This document shows positions 1 through 11,400 of a stretch of DNA of 64,000 nucleotides, piece after piece. The notes beneath the pieces are model-generated. The model was not told the DNA's origin. It was given only the letters and a program-made list of their open reading frames with translations, and did not search any database. Origin of the DNA: Chrysemys picta bellii (Eukaryota); NCBI RefSeq assembly GCF_011386835.1, contig NC_088797.1, positions 29,636,001 to 29,700,000 of the forward strand, given 5' to 3'. A program made the position numbers and the translations under genes. Positions within the stretch are counted from its first letter, which is position 1, and each line of letters opens with the position of its first letter.

Positions 1-951
1 CAACCCTTGTGGTTTCTGCCCAGGTTGAACTACAATCCAGCTATCTGTGCTCTGTGAAATGTTACTGAAAAACAACAAAAGGACGTTAACACCACATTTA
101 AAGACTCTCCAGCTGCTTTTGACTCCACTGTGAACACTTCTGTGCCAGGATGGGGTGCCTGAAGACTTGGGGTGAAAGATCCACACTCCTGAGAGAAGTA
201 GCTATGGCAACCTACCCCCCAGTGTAGCCAGCACTAGGTCATAGAATCATAGGGTTAGAAAGAACCACATGGGCCATCTAGACTAACCTCCTGCCTAGAT
301 GCAGGGTTTGAATTCTTCTTCAACCTAGCTACTGCATCTCAGGGAGGTGGATTACCTATGCCAATAAGAGAAGTCCTCTCGTCAATATAGGACGTGATGC
401 CACTGTAGCAATTTAAGTGCAGACATACCCTTAGTGTGCCTGGTGGAGAAACTGTACCATGGTACATTTAGCTGCGTGAAGGTCAATGGTTGTATTACAG
501 ACTGGTTTTCAGTAGAATCAGGGGTACACTAGGGATATGTTCTCTCACCTACATAATCTAATGTTCTGATAGACTATCTGACAATAAAACTGACTGTAGG
601 AGAGGTGAAATTGAGAGATTCATCTTTAGATGATCTTTACCATGCTGATATTAATGCCTTACTTGGAGAGATTACTGGCCAACTACAGCTAATGCTGGGA
701 GAGCTGTGAAAAACAGCAGAATCTCTGGGACTTAGGGTCAATGGTGATCAAACCAAAGCTATGCAGGCTTCCTACAAAACAGAAACGAATGACCTGCAAA
801 TGATGCATGTAGACAGCAATGACATTGACTGGGTGAATAGGTTTATCTATCTGGGTAATCACTGGACAGTACGAGGCTCTATATCCAAAGAAGTCACACG
901 TTGGATTGGTCTTGCATGCAAGGCATTTCGGTGTCTTCAAAGGCCTCTGGG

Positions 952-1273
952 CAGGGGTGCTGGAACAATTTGTATAGTGGGGGTCAGGGCAGGCGCAACC
1001 CATTAGGCAACCTAGGCGGTCACCTAGCGTGCTACAATTTGGGGGGCGGCAACCACGGCGGTATTTCGGCGGCGGGACCTTCCGCCGCCTCTGTGGGGGG
1101 TGGTATTTTGGGGCGGGACCTCCCGCCACCTACGGCGGCAGAAAAGCTGGTGGTGCTCCTGGTGGGGGTGCTGAGAGCCATTGAACCAAACTGTCAACCC
1201 TGTATAGAATGGAAACCACTTCAAGCCACGGGGTGCGGCAGCACCCCCAGCATCCCTAGTTCCAGCACCCATG
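952..1273. mobile_element. hAT-type MITE with 8-bp TSD, carrying a nested element
   Basis: Ends CAGGGGTGCTGGAAC...GTTCCAGCACCCATG (imperfect TIR); TSD CCTCTGGG at 944-951 and 1274-1281. An uninterrupted copy of the family lies at 46794-46921. Confidence 0.85.
985..1161. mobile_element. Nested 177-bp hAT-like insertion
   Basis: Perfect 8-bp TSD GTGGGGGT at 977-984 and 1162-1169; ends CAGGGC...GCTCCTG; absent from the sister copy at 46794. Confidence 0.75.
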
Positions 1274-1729
1274 CCTCTGGGTAGCAGGATGTCCATGTGA
1301 CAACTAAGATACAAGTGTTCAATGTGGTAGTGATGAGAACTCTGTTGTATGGAGCAGAAACATGGCCGTGAAAAACAGGCGAAGAGAGGAAACTAAACAG
1401 TTGTCAGTGTCAAAACATCCACTGGTTTGATTTTGTCACAAACAAAGAGATACTTAGATGACCCCGGCAAGTTGCAATCTTGCATCCGCTGAGAAGAAGA
1501 CTCTAGTGGTGTGGTCATCACATGGAGAAGAAGGTGTGCTTTTACAGAAGCTTAATAGACTTGAGGTCAAAGAAAGTAGAGCATGAGACCAACCACAAAT
1601 GAGGTTGGAAGATGCAATTTTGAAGGATCTAAGAAGCCTAAATCCTCCCATGCTGACTCTTGCTGAAGGAAAAAGACTTGCAAGGGACTATTCAGGTTGG
1701 AAGTTAATTTTATATGCACCACTGCTACA

Positions 1730-2115
1730 TCACAGCCATGTGAATCTGCTGCTGCTGTGAATTAGAGCAGACTAGAAAAACACCCAGTCTTGACTGGAAA
1801 ATGTCCAGTGATGGAGAATCGACCCCAGCTCTTGGTAAATTGCTCCATTGGTTCATTCCCCCCACTGGTACAAATTTGCACCCTATTTCCAGTCTGAAGT
1901 TGTCTGGCTTCAACTTCCAGCCCATGGATCTTGTTAGACCTTTATTTGCAGACTAGGAGCAAGACACCAATTAACCGTCTTCTTGGTTAAACTAAGCAGA
2001 TTGAGCTCTTGGAGTCCCTCACTATCACAGCATGTTTTCCAGTCCTTTAACCATTCTCCTGATTCTTCTCTGAACCCAATTTAGCAATAGCCTTCTTGAG
2101 TTGTGGACACCAGAA
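1730..2115 (-). mobile_element. CR1 LINE ORF2 3-prime fragment
   Basis: Minus-strand translation WKLKPDNFRLEIGCKF...MNQWSNLPRAGVDSPSLDIFQSRL resembles the CR1 ORF2 C-terminus. Boundaries approximate. Confidence 0.7.
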
Positions 2116-2240
2116 CCTGACATGATGTTCCCCCTTATGACACCCTGCCCATGCCCCCCCAGATGCCCTCCTTATCATGATCCCCATATCTCCTCTCACC
2201 CTTTACAATGTCCCCCCAGACCCCCTCTACTCCCACTTAC

Positions 2241-2878
2241 AATGATGCCAGCGTATTCATCATTTTCAGAGAAGGTGTCGTGCAGCCAAACAAAGTCCTC
2301 ATGCTGCCGGACCACGGAGAGCGCTGGGCGGGTGAAGTGGGGCAGGGAGCTCTGCAACAGGGGGGCAGGGGATGAGTCACTCCAAACCTGGGACCCCCAG
2401 AATCCCCTTCAATATGTGGACCTGTCAGAGACCACCCCAAATGGGGACACCCAAGCCAAGGACCCCCAAACCTCACTAGACATTCCCTGGAGACCCCCCA
2501 AACATCAGAGCCCTATCGTGGGAAACCCCCCATAAGGGACCCCTTCCACCCTGTCTTTCCAATCCCCTCACCTTGGTCTGGACAGTGAATTTCACCTTGT
2601 CCCGTTCGCTGACTGCGTCTGAGATCTCAACCTGCAAGGAGGGGTCAGTGGCGAGCTCCTCCGAGAGTGAGCAAGGCTGGGGGAGAGAAGAGGGTTAGAT
2701 ATAGGGGCACCCCACGGGGAGGGGGGCAGGGCGATGCCCGACCCAGGGCACGGTGGGGGGGGGGAACAGGGTACTGCCTCATCTCCCGGGTGGGGAATGC
2801 AGGACCCCGCCGTGGGGACGGGGGTCCCAGGCTCACCTTGCTCTCCTCCCCAGGCGGCATCTCCAGCGGCTCCTCCAT
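2241..2878 (-). CDS. SNX32: Sorting nexin 32 (SNX5/6/32 PX-BAR family), coding exons 1-3; gene continues beyond the left edge
   Basis: Exons 2878-2837 (MEEPLEMPPGEESK), 2676-2572 (PCSLSEELATDPSLQVEISDAVSERDKVKFTVQTK), 2351-2241 (SSLPHFTRPALSVVRQHEDFVWLHDTFSENDEYAGII); all GT-AG, phase 0. Matches recalled SNX32 LQVEISDAVSERDKVKFTVQTK and VVRQHEEFIWLHD. The 11q13 neighbours favour SNX32 over SNX5/6. Confidence 0.88.
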
Positions 2879-3784
2879 GCGCCCCCAGGAAGAGAGCAGC
2901 CCAGGATGCCCGGCAGATGAACCCAGGCTCAGGCCTCATCAGCTGACTAGGAATGAGGAGGGGACGGCGCGGGCGGAGGGTGTTGTCCCTTTAAATCGGT
3001 TGTGACAGCTATTCCACGCCCCTCCTCCCCATTGGGCCCGGGCACGGGGTCCTCGCTCCCATTCGCCGAGATTCCTATCCGTCACCCACCAGGCGGGGAA
3101 GTAGGAGGTGATCATATCTTCTTAAGGTGTCGTAGGGAAGATAAATGTGCCTGTGCTCCCTCTCCCTGGGGGGCTGGTCCCAGCTGGGTAGGGGCCTAGG
3201 GGGTGACCCCTGGCAGCTGAGGAGATGGAGGTGCGGGGCACCCTGGGATACTGCAGGGGGACAATGGGGGGTATCAGCTGGGTGTGGTGGCCCTTGGTAT
3301 CTTGGGAGATTGGGGGGGCCTCTGAGGCTGCAGGGGGATGTAGCAGTGAGGGCTAAGGGGATGGGCTCGAGCATCCACCCCTTTTTCCGGCTGAAGCAGC
3401 AGATGAAGAAATGACAGCATTGCTTGCCCCACTGCTCCAGACCTACATCAGCAATGAGTTCTGTTGGGTCTCAGCCCCTCAGCATATGGATACCACCCAA
3501 GGTCCTACAGCTCTGATTAGCTTACTTAACAGAGCTGTTACCTTCACAGTCCAAAGAACAAAGCCTCACACCCCAGCCTTAGTAGGCAACAACCTTGCAA
3601 TCATTTCACAAGTAAGGAAACCCCAGGCAGAGCTGGGCATAGACCCACCCAAAGGCCCAGGTCTCAGTCACTGTGCCTTTCAGAAGGAATGGCCCAAACT
3701 ACATGCTTGTGTACTCCCTGCTAACACTGCATTGAGTGTTCTCTGGTGGCAAGAGCTCATACCTGCTGCTGCCTGAGAGAAGCG

Positions 3785-5077
3785 GCAGGGAGGTTCGGGG
3801 GGGGAGTCAAGAGACAGGGAGCAGGGTTGGATGGGTCAGGAGTTTGGGGGAGGGCTGTCTGGGGGTTGGGGGTGTAAGGTTTTGGGCAGAGTACAGGTGG
3901 GGGGGGGTCTCAGGAGGGGGCAGTTATGGGACAAGGCACAGGGAGGCTTAGGTAGGGGGTGGGGTTCTGGAGGGCAGTTAGGAGCAGGGGTCCCAGGAGG
4001 GGGCAGTCAGGGGACAGGGAGCAGAGGGGTTTAGATGGGTCAGGAGTTTGGGGGGGGGGCTGTCAGGGGGTGGGGAGTGGTTGGATGGGGCGTGGGAGTC
4101 ACAGGGGTCTGTCTGGGGGTGGTGGTGTGGATAAGGGTTGGGGCAGTCAGGGGACAGGTAGGGGGTAGAGTCCTAGGGGGCCAGTTAGGATGTGGGGAAG
4201 GTCTCAGGAGGGGGCAGTCAGGGGACAAGGAGCAGGGAGGCTTAGGTAGGGGGTGGAGTCCTGGGGGGCAGTTAGGGGCAGGGGTCCCAGGAGGGGGCAG
4301 TCAGGGGACAAGGCGTGGGGGGGAGGGTTGGGGGTTCTGAGGGGGCAGGAAGTGGGAGGGAGTGGAAGGGGCAGGGGTGGGGCTAGGGCAGGACGGGGGC
4401 GGGGCTCCTCCAGTCCTCTTTTTTGATTGTTGAAATATGGTAACCCTAGTGCAGGGTATGGCAGGGGGTCGGGGTGCAGAGTGCGGCAGGGGGCTCAGGG
4501 CACTGGGTTGGGATGCAGGAAGGGTGAGGGGTGAGGCAGGGGGTCAGGGTGCAGGGTGCAGCAGGGGGCTCAGGGCAGTGGGTTGGGATGCAGGAGGGGT
4601 GTGGGGTGAGGCAGGGAGTAGGGGTGTAGGAGGGGTGCAGGGTATGGCAGGAGTTCAGGGTGCGGCAGGGGGCTCAGGGCAAGGGGTTCGGCTGCAGGAG
4701 GGCTTCAGGGGGCAGGATCTGGCCTGGCACGTACTGGGGGCAGGGCAGGATCCCTGCCTGCCCTGCCCCCGCAAGAGGCTGGAACATGGGGCGGGGGGGG
4801 TGTGGAGGGGCTGTGCATTTCTGTTGCTTGAAGCACCGCCTCCAGCAGCTCCCATTGGCCGCGGTTCCCCGTTCCCGGCCAATGGGAGCTGCTGGGGGCG
4901 CTGCCTAAAGTAACAGCCACACACAGCCCCTCCGCCCCCCTTCCAGCCTCTTCCCGGAGCTGCGCAGGGCAGGGCAGGCACGGAGCCTGTCCCGCTCCCG
5001 GTGCTCGTCCGGCCGCTCTGGTAAACACTGGGGGAGGGGCTGCGAGGGGCTCGTGGGCCGCGTGTTTGAGACCCCTG
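3785..5077. mobile_element. Composite of G-rich non-autonomous DNA-transposon (hAT-like) remnants
   Basis: G-run-rich internal repeats, with TIR-like ends ATATGGTAACCCTA (~4435-4448) and GGCCGCGTGTTTGAGACCCCTG (5056-5077). The G-rich part mirrors the C-rich interior of the 11420-12141 element. Confidence 0.55.
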
Positions 5078-5623
5078 TTCTAAACTGTGGGCACCAGAAC
5101 CGGACACAGGATTCCAGCAGCGGCTGCACCAGTGCCAAATAGAGAGGTAATAGAACCTCCCTTCTCCTACTTGAGATTTCCGTTTATGCATCCATGCATT
5201 ATGAGAGGCCTACCAGAAACTCCAGGAATTTTGGGAGTGGGAGGGGTCAAATGAAAACTCCCATGGTTCCTCTCCTGACATCTGGTCATGTTGCCAGTGC
5301 CTTTTCTGACCTGGTGTCAGCCAGCACAGATGTCCTATAGCTGAACACCAGGATCAGGATGGTCAGTAGTGCAAAGAAACACAAGGGAGTAAGGTAATAT
5401 CGGCTATGGGACCATCCCCATGTCTCTCTAATATACTGGGACCAGGAGGGCTACAGCCCTGCAGACAACTAGGACAAAGGGAACATTAGCCTATTCAGTC
5501 TGCGCTCCTGTCTCTCACAGCCCAGGGTCGCCCTCTACTGGGCCCAGCAACCTGTGGTTGGTTCTTCGGGAAAGATCTCCAGCCTTAATTTGAAGACTAC
5601 ACTTGGCTGGGCTCTCTCTAGCC

Positions 5624-5936
5624 CAGGGGTCGGCAACCTTTCAGAAGTGCTGTGCGCCAAGTCTTCATTTATTCACTCTAATTTAAGGTTTCACGTGCTA
5701 GTAGTACATTTTAATGATTTTAGAAGGTCTCTTTCTATAAGTCTATAATATATAACAAAACTATTGTTGTATGTAAAATAAATACATTTTTGAAAATGTT
5801 TAAGAAGCTTAATTTAAAATTAAATTAAAATGCAGAGCCCCACAGACCGGTGGCCAGGACCCGGGCAGTGTGAGTGCCACTGAAAATCAGCTCGCGTGCC
5901 GCCTTCGGCACGCATGCCATAGGTTGCCTACCCCTG
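5624..5936. mobile_element. hAT (Charlie-like) MITE
   Basis: TIR CAGGGGTCGGCAACCT...AGGTTGCCTACCCCTG; perfect 8-bp TSD CTCTAGCC (5616-5623, 5937-5944). Confidence 0.88.
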
Positions 5937-6918
5937 CTCTAGCCTGTCCTCTCCCCCTCAGAGCCAGGGGGAGGAGCCAGGGAAAGAACCCAGGAATCCT
6001 GACATACCTGATTCTAGCACCAGTTCCTACATAGTTGTGGGCACAGTGATAAGGTGAATGGTCTCCCCCTCTAGGGGCTGATCCTCCCAGAGAAGAACAG
6101 GAATTTGCTTGTGAAAGCTTTTTCCAAGGCACTTAGAACAAGGATCGAAACCCCCCCAGGGATGCAGCCACCTCCCTGCTCCCCCTGGGAGAGAGAGGAT
6201 GGGGCACCAGCCCAGCTGGGGGACAGAGAGGCAGGTGCTGCAGAGGAGGATGCACTTGCACCAGGGGATTGGGAAGAGACTGGAGCTGCAGTGGAGTGTG
6301 GGGACTGTTAGATGGAAGGGGGTTAGAAGCTAGTCTCTTGATGACTTCTCTGTAGGGGAGTGGGGGAGGCACCCAAGATTAAGGTGGGGTTGCAGGCATG
6401 GGCACTAGGTATCCCTAAGCCTCCCACATCTGGGGAGGTACAGAGGGGACTCAGCCCAGGCCGCAGGGGATGGGGAAGGGGCAGTCTGCAGGGGTAGGGG
6501 GACAAACTACCAGCCTATGTCAATGTGGGGAGGGGTGGGATCTCACCTGGTTGGGGGGGGAGGGAGGGAGACTGCCATAGCCCAGGCCAAAGCGGGAGGG
6601 GAATGTTGGGGGATGTAGTCCAGGCCAATGGGACTGGTGTTTGGGAGCAGGGATGCTCAGCCAGTCCCTGCAGCTGCCAAGGATCCCACAGCTCATTCCA
6701 AACACCCTGACAAAGCTCTCCCCTGCCACATTGAATCAGTAGCAAAGCTAGGGATAGAATCCAGGAGTCCTGGCTCCCAGCCCTCTAGACCCCATTCCCC
6801 TCCCAGAGCTGGGGATAGAACCCAGGAGTCCTGGCCAGTTCTGTTGCCCTTCTCCAATAAGAACTACCCCATTGTAAATTTCATCCTAAACACGGACAGA
6901 TTCTAGTGAAATCAGAAC

Positions 6919-6924
6919 TTTATT
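6919..6924 (-). terminator. Candidate distal polyadenylation signal (AATAAA) for DRAP1
   Basis: Plus-strand TTTATT; nearest canonical hexamer I found downstream of the DRAP1 stop on the minus strand. Usage is inferred. Confidence 0.4.
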
Positions 6925-8389
6925 GAGTCAATACAAAAAATCAAACAAACGCGTTAAAAGTCGCAGCATCCCAGCTCTCAAGGTGGCCGCAAGCCACATA
7001 GCGTTTAACCCCTCATCCCCATTTCTCCCACCCCAAGATAGCTTAAAGCACCCCTGCCCTGAAGGGATGCCAGGACCCACCGCCCACATGGAAACAACCC
7101 ATTCCCAACAGGACAGATAGGTGTGAAAAGGCGCTGTGGAAATTCCTGCCTCATAGGACTACACTGCACATGGGTGAGGTGATGGAGCCCTGGGGTTTAT
7201 CCGCAAGAAAAGAATGGAGATTGAATCCACTCAATATCCAGGGAGAGAAAGGACAGGGAGGGAGAGGGAGAAAGAACCCAGGAGTTCTGGCTCCCAGCAC
7301 TTCCCTGCTTTAATTATTAGATCCCACTCCCTTCCCAAGAGTGCTAGCTTCCAGTCCCACTTGGAGGGGGACATGCAAATGGCATGAAGGATTGAGAACA
7401 TACAGCGCCTGGGACATTCATTTTTAAAAAGAGTGCTTAAAAGCCCCGTAGCTCACAGATTCCTCGCCCCCATCCCGGGGGTGAAATTGAGGCAGCTGGG
7501 TGTGTGTTGGGGATTCTGATGGGTGAAACCACAGGACCATCTTCCAGTGGCAGATACAGTTAAGCCCAGGATAGACATGCCCAGAGACACTGAGTCCTTT
7601 CATGTGGGGGGGACTCCTTCTCCCGCTCTAATTACAACCTCCTACTTCAGAGTCATCCCAAACCAATCATCAGAGCCAAGTGAATTTCACATGCAGTGAT
7701 GGGGGGCAGGGGGAGAAGCTGCTTGTGAGATTCATTGTATCCCTCCCTCCTCCAATGGATGTAGGACCAGCCAGTACAAAGAGGCCCCCACCCCAGGATC
7801 TGAGAGAGTAGTGCTGGGGCCAGAGAAAAGGGGGACACCGAACCAGGGCTGGGGTGGAACCAAATATCCTGCTTCTAAGAAAAATAGAGCTCAGCCCCCC
7901 CACCAAGAACCATGGTTGCTGGGTGGGGACAGAGCTGAGGGCACCACTGAAAAAAATCTTACCCAACACCAAAGAACCCCGTGATCTGACAGACTGACAA
8001 CACGGAGGCCTGGAATGGAACTGAACGTCCTAGACAAAGCCTGGATCACACCCGTAACACCAATGTAAGTGCTAGCCCTATACTCTCTGGGAAAGACCCC
8101 CCCTGATTCCTTGGGGCTGAGGAGGGAGAAATCAAGCCACAATGAAAGGGGGGGAGGTTTCACAAGCTGGGGTGGCTGTTTTGTCCCCATTTCCCATCTC
8201 TGGAGACACCTGCAGCTAATCACTGGGTTGGCTCAGTCACGCTCTGTCTGTTGGGGAAGGCGCCACAGAGAGGGATGACACAGTGGGGAGGGACGAGGTG
8301 ATCTGGGCTCTGAGAATCAGGGGTTCGAGCCCAACCCAGGGACACAATAAAAACAAACCACGTGGAGGTAAAATGCTTTTCTCTCTTTT

Positions 8390-8395
8390 TTTAAT
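8390..8395 (-). terminator. Candidate proximal polyadenylation signal (ATTAAA) for DRAP1
   Basis: About 65 nt past the stop codon, followed on the minus strand by a GU/U-rich tract (TGGTTTGTTTTTATTGTGT). Confidence 0.5.
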
Positions 8396-8459
8396 AAATT
8401 TAAGAACCACCCCCTCCCCCCCGAATGCAGCAACTAAAACAAACTAAAAGGAAACGGGG

Positions 8460-11400
8460 CTACGAGTCATAATCTTCCTCCTCCTCGTCCTGCGCTGGGG
8501 CGGGGGGTGCTGGCGCAGAGGGCATCATGGCAGGCAGGGCCGGGGGCACGGAGACGGGCATGGCCATGGTGGACTGTGGGGGGCAGGTGAAGTGCAAATA
8601 TGGCGCCGGAGAGCTGGAGCCAGGGAGGGGAGAAGGAAGAAGGTTATTGTGGGGGAGGGGAGATCTACCCCACATTCCTCATCCCAACCCTTGGCCCAAT
8701 CAGATCCAGGGGCCCTTCCAGTATCCCCACCCTGGATTAGACCCATAGTCCCATCCAGTCTGGTAGCCACCCCCTCCATCGGGGCGAGAGGCCCATCCAA
8801 CCTGGTATGCCCCCACCCCTGTAACAGGGATCAGGCTCCATCTGGATCATACTTACTGCTATTAGGTTTCTAGTTATCACTACCCTTAAGTAGCTAATGC
8901 TCTGCTCTAACCACTAGATCCCACTCCCATCCCTGAATCAGGGATAGAACCCAGAACTCTTGTCCCCCCAGCCCAAGATCTAAGCACCAAGCAGCCACTG
9001 CCCAGCCCGTCAGCACTACTGAGCATGGGAGGCCCTCTGGATCCTGACTGGACAGGCCCCGATTCGTACCTGGGGAAGTGGGTGGTAGGGCGGCTGGGGG
9101 GCGTGGACTGGGACGTCTCCTCCTCCCCATCACTCTCGCTGTCCTCAGAATCCTCCTGTGGGGGCAGGGTAAGCAGAGAACTCAGCATGGAGATGGCACC
9201 ACCTGAGGGACACAGTGACTGATGCTCCCCAGAGCTGGCCTCATGGGTAACTGAAGCAGAGAGAGTGGAAAGGGACTCACCCCGGGTCGAAATAGAACTC
9301 AAGAGTCCTGGCTCTCAGCATCGCCCCCTGCTGTAACCACCAGACCCTACACCCCTCCTGGGATACTCAGCCCATAGATCATACAGGGAGGCAGCCAGGA
9401 GAGGAACCTCCTAAGACAGGGGGAGGGGATGGCATTCCAGACCCTTCACCATCTGTGCCCCATGGGGGACTACCCCCTTCACTCAGCTCCCCATGCACCT
9501 CAGCAAGGCTCAGCCAGGACGGGGCACTGCTGCATGCAGGACGGAGCCTGCGGGCTGGGAGACACCTCCTGCCAGATTCACCTCCTGCTCGGAGTCCGTG
9601 CCTGACTGCTTTGGGTCCTTTCCTTTGCTGCCAGTGCCGCCGTTCTTCCGCCCACTGCCCGGCTTCCGGCCCCTGCATCCGGAGAAAGACCAAGGAGTCA
9701 TCTGAAGAAGTGAGGTTCTTACCCACGAAAGCTTATGCTCCCAGTACTTCTGTTAGTCTCAAAGGTGCCACAGGACCCTCTGTTGCTTTTTACAGATTCA
9801 GACTAACACGGCTACCCCTCTGACACAAGGAGTCATTGGGGCACTGCCAACGGATGGGGGCTCCAGCAGAGATTGGTGCAGAAGGAATCTCTTGACCGCA
9901 CCCAAAGGTCACCAACCCAGTCCCCTGACTCCACACCAGGGCTCCCTGGCCACATACCACCCCAATGATCTACAGCAACGCTTTGGGGTTCCACCTCCCA
10001 GCTCCCAACCCAGCCACAGCACTCCCCACTGGGACAGTCACCTACGACGTGTCCCAATCCCCCGTGGGATGCAACGGGGAAGAGGTATTTAGGAATCGCT
10101 TTGCCACATCACTGGAGTGTAGACATCTCTGGTGTGTGGCATGGTGGCTGGGTAACAGCACACAGCAACACGGCATGGGTTCGGGGTAGGAAGCAAAGAG
10201 AAGCCCCACACCGAGTTCTGACGGCAGAGCAGGGGTTTTGGGAGGCAGAATGGAATCAGCAGAATGGGAATTGAGCTAGGACACTGGAGTTCGTTTCCAG
10301 ATTCTTAGTGAAGTGTGATCGCATCTGTAGTGACCACCATCTGTCGGTGTCTCTCTGCAGCACAGCGCCCCCTAGTGCTGTGCTGGGGCCAGCAGTGACT
10401 GAAAGGGGGCACATCCGGTACTGAGTCCCACCCGCTCCCTGCAGCACAATGGGGCATCAAGGCCAGCCCTGGCTGTGAGGGGAGAGTGCCCCCTACTGAG
10501 CCCCTGCCTCATTCCCTGTAGCACAGTGCCCATGGTGGCACATTGGGACATCGGCCAGCACAGGGTGCAAGGGAAGAGCACCACCTACTGAGCCCTTGCC
10601 CCTCTCCCTGTAGCACAGCGCCTCCTACTGCCCACCTCCTGGAGACCTTCTCGCCCTCAGCGTGGTTATCCTCCACATCTCCCTGCATGTCAGGCACCGA
10701 GGCCACCAGATCCTTGAGGAAGTCGAACTGCTGCTCCAGCTCTATGCACTGCTTCCTGCAGGGAGCGGAGAGCAGCTCAGACTCTGGGGGAGGGGACTGT
10801 AGCACCCCCACCCCCAGAAACCCTGGGGACCTGACCCCCAGCCCCTATTGGCTTCCTGAGGGCTACTAGAGACCCCCCATGGTGTATCCATCCCAGCTGG
10901 GGATGCAGGGTTTAAAGCCACCCCTTCCCCCTCCATAACAACACTAATCACCATTACCTCCATGAGCTTCACCCCTGCCTCCCCCCAGTTGAAAAGGGGG
11001 AAAACTGAGGCACAGAGGAAGGGAAGGGACTGTCCAGAAGTGCCACAGCGAGTTGGTGGCAAAGCAGGGAACAGAACCCAGGAGTCCTGGCTCCCAGCCC
11101 CCTGCTCCAAGAAAAGTGAGAGAAGTCTGTCCGTAGCAGGGCAGGTCTGCTTGTGGAGTAGATCTGGCATTTCCTTGCTCCAGTACTGCAGGGGTTAGGT
11201 CAAAAAGTCCCCAGCTGGGCAGAAGAGGGGGGAATGCAGGTGGAAGTAGGGTACTTACAGGTGGGAGGTGGTCATGGTCTTGGCATTTCTGGACTGTGTC
11301 ACCTGACAGGCCTTCCTGAGGAGCGACTCCAGGAAGAGCTCCAGCGCCCGGGCTAGGGCAAGCCAAGGGTTAAGGGAACTCAGCACTGGGATCAGAACAG

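Larger units (their letters stand above)
640..1730 (+). mobile_element. Degenerate RTE-clade LINE fragment (RT C-terminal region), split by a MITE at 952-1273
   Basis: Reads WVNRFIYLGNHWTVRGSISKEVTRWIGLACKAFRCLQR, then resumes after the insertion as TTKIQVFNVVVMRTLLYGAETW. FxYLG and LLYGxETW are typical of RTE ORF2. Stops and frameshifts present; boundaries approximate. Confidence 0.75.

Noticed and set aside
3785-5191. G-rich ORFs of 100-178 aa, and the Pro-rich 228-aa ORF at 11469-12155
   Set aside because: Low-complexity translations of transposon interiors bounded by TIRs and TSDs.
3000-8300. TSGA10IP or another gene between DRAP1 and SNX32 (including ORF 6105-6311)
   Set aside because: No phase-consistent exon chain or recognisable protein; the interval is repeats plus probable DRAP1 3-prime UTR. 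A fast-evolving gene cannot be excluded without a translated search.
8346-8398. Plus-strand AATAAA hexamers (8346, 8393) as the end of an antisense gene
   Set aside because: They are the complement of U-rich DRAP1 UTR elements; no plus-strand exons were found upstream.
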